37,296 nucleotides of DNA from a virus (lineage: Duplodnaviria; Caudoviricetes), in the IMG/VR virus record IMGVR_UViG_3300006029_000024, positions 1-37,296 of that record; one strand, written 5' to 3'. Both the position numbers and the translations under genes were made by a program. A model generated the notes under the pieces. That model was given only the letters and a program-made list of their open reading frames with translations. It was not told where the DNA came from and searched no databases. Each line of letters begins with the position of its first letter. Within the stretch, counting starts at the first letter, position 1. This document shows positions 1-7,216 of the stretch, piece by piece.

Positions 1-28
1 CAATAATAGATCGTAGTGTGTGGTTCAT
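1..28. repeat. Terminal direct repeat, copy 1 (identical to 37214-37241)
   Basis: caataatagatcgtagtgtgtggttcat at both 1-28 and 37214-37241; encodes MNHTLRSII on the minus strand. Confidence 0.95.
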
Positions 29-156
29 AGCCAGCCCATATTTAACGCCATGCTAAGCAATAAAAATACAGAACCAAAAAGTCCATTAAACCAACGGGGC
101 ATAATTGGGGCCATATAAACAGTGCCGATTAAGCCTAAAAGTTGAACTTCAGTCAT
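25..156 (-). CDS. Small membrane protein, 43 aa (not in ORF track)
   Basis: Manual translation MTEVQLLGLIGTVYMAPIMPRWFNGLFGSVFLLLSMALNMGWL*; start overlaps the thyX stop (TAATG), stop overlaps the next ATG (ATGA). Confidence 0.65.
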   Translation of the reverse strand: MTEVQLLGLIGTVYMAPIMPRWFNGLFGSVFLLLSMALNMGWL

Positions 157-839
157 TATTGCACCCCCATCAATGCAGCCCAACTAACAGGAAACAGCGC
201 GCTCATTTCATTAGCGATCAATGCGGCAACTTCACGCGACTCTGCTTGGCTATGCGCATCCAAGCGAAGCCGGCACATGTCAGCGATAGCGCCCAACGAT
301 CCAGACCAAACCCATTCAGTCATCGTATTCAACAGTAACGCAGCGCGTGCTTGCTCAGGGCAAACGCCAAGGTCAAGTAAATCTTCGTAGGCATATAGCG
401 AATGGGCTATTAAGTTAGCGAATATTTCATCAGCGACTTTTAGTTTGTCACCCGTTAACGCGCCACCAGACCCCTGCTTAACATTGTCGGCTGCCTTACG
501 CCATTCCATTACGTGCATCTCAGGCTCACTGCTGACGTATCGGCGGGATACTTCATTCCAAGGCATAAACTTATGCTTAACCAACTGCCGCGCGACAAAG
601 ATCGGCGCCTTGACGCGGAACGTTGCAAATGCGTGATTGAACGGGCTAGTGTGCTTGTGGCACGCCAGATAATTAATCAGCTTTACATCTGCTGGCGACA
701 ACTTTTTAACTGTTGACGCTTTGTAATCCTCGCTGATTGTGCAACCTAAGTCCCAAGTGCTTTCTTTTTCAAACGATACCCTGGCAGCGTTAACTACGGA
801 TAAGTCTGAACCCATATGGTCGATTAGTGTAACTTTCAT
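156..839 (-). CDS. thyX: Flavin-dependent thymidylate synthase ThyX
   Basis: MGSDLSVVNAARVSF, HTSPFNH, APIFVARQLVKH..WNEVSRRY, PEQAR, RLDAHSQAE motifs. Confidence 0.95.
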   Translation of the reverse strand: MKVTLIDHMGSDLSVVNAARVSFEKESTWDLGCTISEDYKASTVKKLSPADVKLINYLACHKHTSPFNHAFATFRVKAPIFVARQLVKHKFMPWNEVSRRYVSSEPEMHVMEWRKAADNVKQGSGGALTGDKLKVADEIFANLIAHSLYAYEDLLDLGVCPEQARAALLLNTMTEWVWSGSLGAIADMCRLRLDAHSQAESREVAALIANEMSALFPVSWAALMGVQ

Positions 840-1141
840 TTTTGCTCATCCTTAACAAATACACCATTCGGCAACAGCGTTCCTTTACGGTCTTTAATCT
901 CGTCGTAAGCGGCTTGTAAGCAGCGTTCCAGCGTAGTGCCGCGCAAAGCGCAATACAAGATTAGCGTAACCAATACATCGCCAACGCCATCCTCAATGCC
1001 CGCCGTATCGTTTTTAATCTCTGCATCACACAACTCGCCCAGTTCGCTAACCGTTTTCATTAGCTGAACATACGGTTTAGCGTTTGGGATAATTTTTCTA
1101 TCTTCTGCCCACTGGATTACTTTAATTTCTAATTCGTTCAT
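836..1141 (-). CDS. MazG-like nucleotide pyrophosphohydrolase
   Basis: QWAEDR..I, QLMKTVSELGEL, DGVGDVLVTLI, CLQAAYDEIKDRKG...GVFVK pattern of phage MazG-like proteins. Confidence 0.88.
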   Translation of the reverse strand: MNELEIKVIQWAEDRKIIPNAKPYVQLMKTVSELGELCDAEIKNDTAGIEDGVGDVLVTLILYCALRGTTLERCLQAAYDEIKDRKGTLLPNGVFVKDEQK

Positions 1142-1356
1142 TTCATGTAGCTCATCAATTCAGCGTTACGTTTAGCTTCAGACCATCGTTTGCTACCTTC
1201 GGCTTGCATGAGCGCTAACGCAAACTGCAAGAAATTCGATAGCTTATCAATGTCCTCCTCGTTTACTTCACCGTTGCGAATGTCGTTAATGATGCGCACG
1301 CATTGCTGTCTGCTGTACAGCACATTGTGCGCAAAGTCGCGGTCACGGTAGCTCAT
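1138..1356 (-). CDS. Hypothetical protein
   Basis: Start moved to ATG 1356 (ATGA overlap with upstream stop); also coupled to the downstream gene. Confidence 0.7.
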   Translation of the reverse strand: MSYRDRDFAHNVLYSRQQCVRIINDIRNGEVNEEDIDKLSNFLQFALALMQAEGSKRWSEAKRNAELMSYMK

Positions 1357-1541
1357 TTTTTGCAAATCCTTTTCTTTGCTTCTTTCAGATTGCTATCGAA
1401 CAGCCATGCGGAACACTGCTTGTCTAAGTCTATCGCTGGCGCGGTAACAACGATAACCTGCCCCTTACCCAACTCAAAACAAGCCACGCCGTATAACGAG
1501 AACGCGATAAAAAACACGCCTACCATCATAAAATCTTTCAT
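1353..1541 (-). CDS. Hypothetical protein with hydrophobic N-terminus
   Basis: Start at 1541 (MKDFMMVGVFF...) after AAAGGAG RBS and ATGA overlap; two C-terminal Cys. Confidence 0.7.
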   Translation of the reverse strand: MKDFMMVGVFFIAFSLYGVACFELGKGQVIVVTAPAIDLDKQCSAWLFDSNLKEAKKRICKK

Positions 1542-1768
1542 GTGTTCTTCTCCTTTAATGTTGCTTCTGCCCACCGCAGGATTCCTATAGCCGGTTCTCT
1601 CCATATAGCAAAATCATTTTCAGTCAGCCCTACCCATTCTTTCTCAGGCTGCGCTAGTGCTGTGCGTAGTGCTTCAATTGCTTGTTTAATTGGCGTTTTC
1701 CATATGGGCTCATTTGCGTGTGAATTTTCCAGCGCATCAAGCGCCATTTCCATTGCTTCTCTGCTCAT
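1538..1768 (-). CDS. Hypothetical mosaic protein (modules MSREAM-ALAQPE-EWVGLT-LKEKNT)
   Basis: RBS AAAGGAG, ATGA overlaps at both ends, modules shared with neighbours. Confidence 0.8.
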   Translation of the reverse strand: MSREAMEMALDALENSHANEPIWKTPIKQAIEALRTALAQPEKEWVGLTENDFAIWREPAIGILRWAEATLKEKNT

Positions 1769-2151
1769 GTGTTCTTCTCCTTTAGCTTTGCTTCAGCCCA
1801 CCAAGCAGCAGATTCCCATGCTTGGCTAGTAACCCATGAGTCCTTGTTTCCTTCTCTTATTTCTTTATCAGTCAGCCCTACCCATTCTTTCTTTCGGTAG
1901 AACCCCGCGCTGTTCAGCACTTCTTCTAGATTCGGGCCAAATATTTTTGTTGGCTTATCCGTCAGCCCTTGCCATTCTTTTTTATTTTTACGTGCCGCTA
2001 TTGCTGCATCAAGCTGCTCAATTTGATAAAAACGAATGTCATCCATTATATTTAATGAAGCGTACTCTGATTTCATGTTTCGATTAATCATGTCCCAAAG
2101 CCTGTCTCTGTGTTTTTGTAGAGCGTCAGCTATAACGTCATAGGCATCCAT
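1765..2151 (-). CDS. Hypothetical mosaic protein (two KKEW.GLTDK modules, EAKLKEKNT end)
   Basis: ORF with RBS; internal duplicated module. Confidence 0.8.
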   Translation of the reverse strand: MDAYDVIADALQKHRDRLWDMINRNMKSEYASLNIMDDIRFYQIEQLDAAIAARKNKKEWQGLTDKPTKIFGPNLEEVLNSAGFYRKKEWVGLTDKEIREGNKDSWVTSQAWESAAWWAEAKLKEKNT

Positions 2152-2641
2152 TGTTCTTCTCCTTTAGCTTTGCTTCGATGGCTCTGTAAAATTCTTCATA
2201 CGGCGGCCTTGAAAAATCAGTTCTGCCTTGCGTTGCAAGTATTTTTACTTCCTTATCCGTCAACCATACCCATTCTTTCTTTGATAGCCATTTCTCTGGC
2301 GCTCCGCGAAATACTGGTTCCCTGCCTTCTAGTACCGCAAGCATAACTTCCATGCCGGTATACATGCCGTGAAAATAATGGTCATAATTCCACGTACCAT
2401 CACGCCCTTGCACTTCAAGCATTTCTTTTAGCTTTATTAACGGCTTTGGACACTTTTTACAATATCCACCGATACCACATTGCCCACCGTCACATTCGGC
2501 TGGTTCAGGCTGCGCTAGTGCTGCGCGTAGTGCTTCAGCAAGCATTACAAACTGTGGTGTATAGGAATTTGGTGGAGGCATTTGAAAAGCAAGGTATTCA
2601 ATCTGCGTAGCGATTCGCTTTATTGCTTCTCTGTCAGTCAT
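2138..2641 (-). CDS. Hypothetical mosaic protein with a Cys-rich segment and an inserted domain
   Basis: MTDREA, ALRAALAQPE, CDGGQCGIGGYCKKC, KKEWVWLTDKE, EAKLKEKN. Confidence 0.8.
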   Translation of the reverse strand: MTDREAIKRIATQIEYLAFQMPPPNSYTPQFVMLAEALRAALAQPEPAECDGGQCGIGGYCKKCPKPLIKLKEMLEVQGRDGTWNYDHYFHGMYTGMEVMLAVLEGREPVFRGAPEKWLSKKEWVWLTDKEVKILATQGRTDFSRPPYEEFYRAIEAKLKEKNNGCL

Positions 2642-2925
2642 GCGTTCTTCTCCTTTGCGTACAGTTCTTCGGCAAGCAGATACCCCTCAAGTGGCCACAG
2701 CTTATTGATGGCATCCTCATAAGCGAACTTCTCACCTAGCCCTTGGTTATACTTGCTCGGGTCTACACAGGCGCTCATACCCCAGACTGAATACCCGTTG
2801 ACCATCTCTAGCTGACAGAACGTAGTAGTTGTTCCTTCCATCAATGTGTAAGTAGTGCGCTTAACGCGGTCTTGCATACTGTTCAGCGTAACGGTTGTTC
2901 TTACTTCTTTGATTTTCTCATCCAT
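2638..2925 (-). CDS. N4 gp49/Sf6 gp66 family protein (candidate Acb4-type cyclic-nucleotide sponge)
   Basis: TTFCQLEMVNGYSVWGMSACVDPSKYNQGLGEKFAYEDAINKLWPLEGYLL matches the gp49/gp66 family signature. Confidence 0.85.
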   Translation of the reverse strand: MDEKIKEVRTTVTLNSMQDRVKRTTYTLMEGTTTTFCQLEMVNGYSVWGMSACVDPSKYNQGLGEKFAYEDAINKLWPLEGYLLAEELYAKEKNA

Positions 2926-2926
2926 T

Positions 2927-3298
2927 TCATTTCTCCTTTATTCCGTGTGCTGCTTCGATTGCGCGGGCAAAATCAATGTCAATGTTTGGATTTCCACCAA
3001 GCAGACATTTCAAACCAAGCTCTTTACCAATTGCATAAATCGCCTCATCACTCAGCGGCTTGCGTTGTGGTGGTGCTGTGTAGAGCGGTAAAGGATTAAG
3101 TGATTCATCTGGTTTGCCGTGATATAAGCCAGCGTTGTGACTAATCCACGCCGCCGGATCAGATTCAGGCTGCGCTAGTGCTGTACGTAGTGCGTCTATT
3201 GAATTATTTAACTGCTCATGTTTATCAATTGATGTTCTCCAATCCGGTGTTATTTGCTCAAGCGCATCAAGCGCCATCTGCATTGCTTCTCTGCTCAT
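2927..3298 (-). CDS. Hypothetical mosaic protein (MSREAMQMALDALE ... ALAQPE ... PLYTAPPQRKPLSDE ... FARAIEAAHGIKE)
   Basis: Start moved to 3298 (ATGA overlap; same N-terminal block as 1768). Confidence 0.8.
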   Translation of the reverse strand: MSREAMQMALDALEQITPDWRTSIDKHEQLNNSIDALRTALAQPESDPAAWISHNAGLYHGKPDESLNPLPLYTAPPQRKPLSDEAIYAIGKELGLKCLLGGNPNIDIDFARAIEAAHGIKEK

Positions 3299-3465
3299 AC
3301 AGCCACCATCTTGCGCAACATGCGCTGCCAAAAGTGTAGGTCATGCGCCAGCAAGGCTTCTTGGATAAGTTCTTCATCCAATGTTGTCTGAATGTTCGGT
3401 GCAGGTGTCCAGTATTCGCCGACGCGTACTGGCTTTTCTTTAATAAATTTCCCGTCTCTTAGCAT
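3295..3465 (-). CDS. Hypothetical protein, 56 aa (not in ORF track)
   Basis: Manual translation MLRDGKFIKEKPVRVGEYWTPAP...RKMVAV*; fills the gap, ATGA overlap. Confidence 0.6.
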   Translation of the reverse strand: MLRDGKFIKEKPVRVGEYWTPAPNIQTTLDEELIQEALLAHDLHFWQRMLRKMVAV

Positions 3466-3679
3466 TTTCTCTATCCTCTATTTGTCGTCTTATATTCACA
3501 GCGCGTTTCTTAACTGCTGTGGCCTCTGCTTCGGTGTACAACGGTTGAACAAACTTTAAAAACTTTTCTGCGGTATAAAAATTCTGCTTACATAACTGGC
3601 ATTTCAATTGCCGCCTGGTCCATTCCATATATCGTTTAGTGTTAATCACAAGCGCCTTGCCGCCGCACTTACACCTCAC
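3440..3679 (-). CDS. Zinc-ribbon protein (NrdR N-terminal-like)
   Basis: MRCKCG...TRRQLKCQLCKQNFYTAE: CxC...CxxC ribbon. Confidence 0.65.
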   Translation of the reverse strand: MRCKCGGKALVINTKRYMEWTRRQLKCQLCKQNFYTAEKFLKFVQPLYTEAEATAVKKRAVNIRRQIEDRENAKRREIY

Positions 3680-3851
3680 TTAGTATCTCCAACCGTTCCC
3701 GCGCATCACGTAGCGCACAGTACCGTTGATGCAACCGTGTCAGCATCATCACGCGTCTGGCGCCGGTACGTTCTTCGTACAACAACTTCAATACTTCTTC
3801 TTCCGATAAAGTCGTCAGTGCATCGTTCAAACTACGCCATGTATATTTCAA
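3669..3851 (-). CDS. Hypothetical protein
   Basis: Probable TTG start at 3851 after GGAGAAG; WRSLN..L..LSEEEV...RLHQRY; start uncertain. Confidence 0.6.
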   Translation of the reverse strand: MKYTWRSLNDALTTLSEEEVLKLLYEERTGARRVMMLTRLHQRYCALRDARERLEILSEV

Positions 3852-3987
3852 TTTTCTTCTCCATTGCTTTAATGTATTTCTCAACTCGTTCACATGCGCG
3901 GATCGCTCGATTAAGCCGCGTTTGGCGTATCTTTAATTCGGCTTTTGCTACTTTTAAATTCTTGCGTGCTGTTTCTAAGTGTGTCAT
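3832..3987 (-). CDS. Small basic coiled-coil protein, 51 aa (not in ORF track)
   Basis: Manual translation MTHLETARKNLKVAKAELKIRQ...IEIYMA*; ATGA overlap with the helicase stop. Confidence 0.55.
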   Translation of the reverse strand: MTHLETARKNLKVAKAELKIRQTRLNRAIRACERVEKYIKAMEKKIEIYMA

Positions 3988-5318
3988 TTAAGTTCTTCCA
4001 TTGCTATATCCGAAATAGTACGTTTGGCTTGCAGTGCTGCGTAAATGCGTTCATCTATCGTTTTGTTCGTCAGCATGACGTAGACCCATACATCGCGCAT
4101 TTGACCGGAACGATGGAGCCTGCCGATGGTTTGCTCATACAATTCCAAACTCCACGGCAACGACAAAAAGACCATGTTGCACCCTCCGTGCTGAAGATTA
4201 AGCCCATGTCCTGCTGATTTTGGATGCACAAGTAAGAGTTCGACGTTGCCCATGTTCCAGCGTTCGATGGCGTTTGCGTCGTCCAACGTAACAGCTTTCG
4301 GATACCGTTTTTTAAGTTCCGATAACTCCTCTTGATACGTGTACGCAATAATCGTATTTGCATGTTGATTCTCCGTGAGTAGATCGTCCAAACAATCAAA
4401 CTTGTGCGTGCTAAACCAGATCGGCGTTTGCGTTGTTTTGAATTGGCCTGGCACATCGGTTGCCACTTTGTTCGTGTCATACACAAAACCAGACGCCATC
4501 TGTTGCAGCTTGCCAGTGACAACTGCTGCGTTAGCCGCAATCGCTTTAGCGTCCTTAAACTCTACAACAAAATCTTTCTTCATTTCGTTGTACTTATCCA
4601 TTGGCATGTCGCAACGAATTTCAACCGTGTGCAACTCCGGCAACTTGTCTTTATACAATCCTGCGTCTAATACGAACGTCGCTGGCTTGATGCGCTGCAT
4701 GACGCGTTCGAGTGATCCCTTGCGCGGTTCCCATTCGCCGAACTCTTGATTGATCAGCACAAAGTACTCTTGCATGAACGCGCCTTTGGATCGGCCTAAT
4801 AAATTCTGATCGACAATCTTGCACTGGCCGAACACATCTTCAAGACCGTTACTGGTAAACGATCCGGTCAAACCCCAACGAAACTTGCAGTTCAATACTT
4901 TATTCAACGCTTTAAAACGTGCGCCAGATGGATTCTTTAATTTCGTCAACTCGTCAAACACAATGCCATCGAATGACGACAAGTCCTGTTCAGCCAGCCA
5001 CTGAATGTTGTCGTAATTCGTAATGACGATGCGCATGGGGCTTGCTAATGCGGCGGCGCGTTCTTTCGGTGTGCCGACAGCAATGGCAGGTGATAGCGTC
5101 GTCCACTTAGGTATTTCTACCGGCCACACATCGGTGCACACGCGCTTAGGCGCTAACACAAGAAAGCGTTTGGCAATGCCGTCGCGCAGCATGTCTTGCA
5201 TGGCCGTCGCGGTGATCGCGGTCTTACCCGCACCAACTGGCGCCAAGATCATCGCCCGATCATTCTCGTAGAGAAAATCAGCGGCTTTGTTTTGGTAAGG
5301 TCTTAATAAAAGTGTCAA
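3984..5318 (-). CDS. SNF2-like superfamily 2 helicase
   Basis: LRPYQ, Walker A PVGAGKT, DE-box FDELT, GLTGS, SAGHGLNLQ, QTIGRLHRSGQ. Confidence 0.92.
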   Translation of the reverse strand: MTLLLRPYQNKAADFLYENDRAMILAPVGAGKTAITATAMQDMLRDGIAKRFLVLAPKRVCTDVWPVEIPKWTTLSPAIAVGTPKERAAALASPMRIVITNYDNIQWLAEQDLSSFDGIVFDELTKLKNPSGARFKALNKVLNCKFRWGLTGSFTSNGLEDVFGQCKIVDQNLLGRSKGAFMQEYFVLINQEFGEWEPRKGSLERVMQRIKPATFVLDAGLYKDKLPELHTVEIRCDMPMDKYNEMKKDFVVEFKDAKAIAANAAVVTGKLQQMASGFVYDTNKVATDVPGQFKTTQTPIWFSTHKFDCLDDLLTENQHANTIIAYTYQEELSELKKRYPKAVTLDDANAIERWNMGNVELLLVHPKSAGHGLNLQHGGCNMVFLSLPWSLELYEQTIGRLHRSGQMRDVWVYVMLTNKTIDERIYAALQAKRTISDIAMEELK

Positions 5319-5565
5319 TTTGTTCTTTCGTCCACAAACATGCGTAATTCTGATTAAGCGTTTTCATATCGTCAGCAAACAACATTTGCAGCTTTGATAA
5401 TCGCCCACCTAATGTTTTTAATTCGACAAACCATGTTGTGCCGTCAGGGAAGCAAGCTATTCGATCCGCTACACCTTTACGGCCAGGTGATGTGAATTTC
5501 CAAGTCTTGCCGCCGTGATGCTCAACAGCCCATACGAAGTAATGTTCAATTTGTTTTTCTAACAT
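5278..5565 (-). CDS. VRR-NUC domain nuclease (Holliday junction resolvase-like)
   Basis: MLEKQIE, KFTSPGRKGVADRI, FVELK, GRLSKLQ; start set at ATG 5565. Confidence 0.88.
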   Translation of the reverse strand: MLEKQIEHYFVWAVEHHGGKTWKFTSPGRKGVADRIACFPDGTTWFVELKTLGGRLSKLQMLFADDMKTLNQNYACLWTKEQIDTFIKTLPKQSR

Positions 5566-5571
5566 GGCCCA

Positions 5572-5600
5572 AATATAAACTGTTAAAAAGTATTTGACAA
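5572..5600 (-). promoter_or_regulatory. Sigma70-like leftward promoter
   Basis: TTGTCA-17 nt-TATATT on the minus strand, 6 nt before ATG 5565. Confidence 0.65.
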
Positions 5601-5621
5601 GAATTATTTTCGTGCTATTCT
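5594..5621 (+). promoter_or_regulatory. Sigma70-like rightward promoter of the replication operon
   Basis: TTGACA-16 nt-TATTCT with extended -10 TG; GGGAG RBS downstream. Confidence 0.7.
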
Positions 5622-5653
5622 GAAGGCTCACAAACTAAACGGGAGTACACGAA

Positions 5654-5845
5654 ATGAAAGCATTTCCAGCGCCAACAAACTTATATGAGAAAGGCATGGA
5701 CTTACGCGATTACTTTGCGGCTAAAGCTATGCAAGGCTTACTTGCGGCAAACCCAAGCGTTCCACTTAATGTTACTGATGAAATCGGTTTATTGACAAAA
5801 ACAGCTTACGATGTTGCTGACTCAATGATGGCGGTGCGCAAATGA
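5654..5845 (+). CDS. Conserved phage hypothetical protein
   Basis: AFP...GMDLRDYFAAKAMQG...AY..AD.M pattern common in proteobacterial phages; RBS GGGAG. Confidence 0.8.
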   Translation: MKAFPAPTNLYEKGMDLRDYFAAKAMQGLLAANPSVPLNVTDEIGLLTKTAYDVADSMMAVRK

Positions 5846-6939
5846 ACCATTCAAATATCGTCGGTGGCTCAACAGCCAAACGCGTAATGGCCTGCCCTGG
5901 CTCGGTTGCGCTGGTTAACCAAATGCCTAAGCGTCCGTCTAACGAACACGCTGCCCGTGGTACGCTATTGCATAACGTCATCGCTGAAGCCTTGGAGCAT
6001 ATCAAACCGCTGCAAGACTTCATCGGTACCACATACGAAAAGCAGACACTCACGCCAGAGCTATTAGATGAAAAACTACGGCCCGCTATCGAGGCGCTCA
6101 ATGAGATTGACCCCAATCAAGAAATGGAATACGCAGTCGAAACCCGAGTCGGCTTTGGCGATTTCTTGCCTGGTGTGTTTGGCTCTACTGACCTTCTCGG
6201 TCGTATTGGTAATAGAGCTATTGTGCTGGATTGGAAATTCGGCGATGGCGTTATGGTTGAAGCAGAAGAAAATCCGCAAATGCTTTTCTACGCTGCTGCT
6301 GCTATGCGCACTGACAAAACCAAATGGGTGTTCGCTGGCGCCGATGAGATCGAGTGCATCATCGTACAGCCGCCCTTTGTTCGTCGTTGGGTAACAACAC
6401 GCGCCCGTGTTGAACAGTTTGAATTAGAGTTGGCGCGTGCGGTTAAGATCGCGCAACAAGCTGACGCGCCGTTGAAGATTGGTGATCATTGCCGTTGGTG
6501 TACTGCCAAACCTATCTGCCCGCAGATGACGGGGATCGTTGAGCGTACAATGCAAACGCAAGTCGCTGCGCTAGACAAGAACATGATTGCGCAACACTTA
6601 GCTAATGCAGAGATTTTAGAAAATTGGATTAAGGACATGCGCGCACTGGCTTTCCAAGTGCTAGAATCAGGTTCCGCTGTACCAGGCTACAAATTAGTCG
6701 CGAAACGTGCAACGCGTTCGTGGGCTGATGAATCAAAAGCAGTCGAGTTACTTGGCGACGCTGCGTTTAAGAAAGAAATTGTTTCACCGGCTCAAGCTGA
6801 AAAGCTTTTGAAGATGAAACTACCGCCGGAGTTGGTTGTATCAATTTCGTCGGGCAGTACGTTGGCTGAGGAGTCTGATCCAAGGCCAGCGGTTTTACAA
6901 ATCGGGAAGCAGATAACTGCGGCCCTTTCTAAACTTTAA
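5842..6939 (+). CDS. DUF2800-family PD-(D/E)XK (Cas4-like) exonuclease
   Basis: HS..GGSTAKR..ACPGS, A.RGT.LH, FGSTD, VLDWKFGDG, NPQM.FYA, HCRWCTAK..CP. Confidence 0.88.
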   Translation: MNHSNIVGGSTAKRVMACPGSVALVNQMPKRPSNEHAARGTLLHNVIAEALEHIKPLQDFIGTTYEKQTLTPELLDEKLRPAIEALNEIDPNQEMEYAVETRVGFGDFLPGVFGSTDLLGRIGNRAIVLDWKFGDGVMVEAEENPQMLFYAAAAMRTDKTKWVFAGADEIECIIVQPPFVRRWVTTRARVEQFELELARAVKIAQQADAPLKIGDHCRWCTAKPICPQMTGIVERTMQTQVAALDKNMIAQHLANAEILENWIKDMRALAFQVLESGSAVPGYKLVAKRATRSWADESKAVELLGDAAFKKEIVSPAQAEKLLKMKLPPELVVSISSGSTLAEESDPRPAVLQIGKQITAALSKL

Positions 6940-7210
6940 TAAGGTAAGTTATGCATACTCCTACACGCGAGTTATCTTTCGGGGAAAAAGCAGTTGGTTT
7001 AACTTTTAACCCTGGACAAAATTACGAAGTGCATAAATGTAAAAAAGAATTTGCCGATATTATTGATCGCATGAATTATTTACGTTTGCGTTCTGATGAT
7101 TTGGAAGTAAAAAGAATGGCTAGCATTGCCATTACAGAAGCTCAAACTGCACAAATGTGGGCAGTAAAAGCTATAACTTGGTCGGCTTAAACTAAACTTC
7201 AATAAGGTAA
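6929..7210 (+). repeat. 19-bp direct repeat flanking the 6951-7190 gene
   Basis: ctaaactttaataaggtaa (6929-6947) vs ctaaacttcaataaggtaa (7192-7210), 18/19. Confidence 0.85.
6951..7190 (+). CDS. Small helical-hairpin protein, Acb2/Tad1-like (candidate immune-signal sponge)
   Basis: GEKAVGLTFNP...K..FA.IID...R.ASIAITEAQTAQMWAVKAITW; RBS TAAGG; AT-richer than its flanks. Confidence 0.6.
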   Translation: MHTPTRELSFGEKAVGLTFNPGQNYEVHKCKKEFADIIDRMNYLRLRSDDLEVKRMASIAITEAQTAQMWAVKAITWSA

Positions 7211-7216
7211 ATTATT

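Larger units (their letters stand above)
1538..3298. repeat. Dispersed family of four conserved 20-38 bp blocks shared among small genes
   Basis: Block A tcatgtgttcttctccttta at 1538, 1765, 37238 (variants 2152, 2638, 2927); block B tcaggctgcgctagtgctg at 1644, 2505, 3165; block C 38 bp at 1731 and 3261 (36/38); block D tcagtcagccctacccattctttc at 1620, 1868 (variants ~1955, ~2253). Confidence 0.92.

Noticed and set aside
1-28. Physical terminal repeat of the virion DNA
   Set aside because: It falls inside a gene start, far from the terS region, and is followed by 55 divergent nt; an assembly overlap or branch is more likely
5842-6939. CRISPR-associated Cas4
   Set aside because: No cas1/cas2 or array; the exonuclease-SSB-PolA context is the usual phage DUF2800 setting
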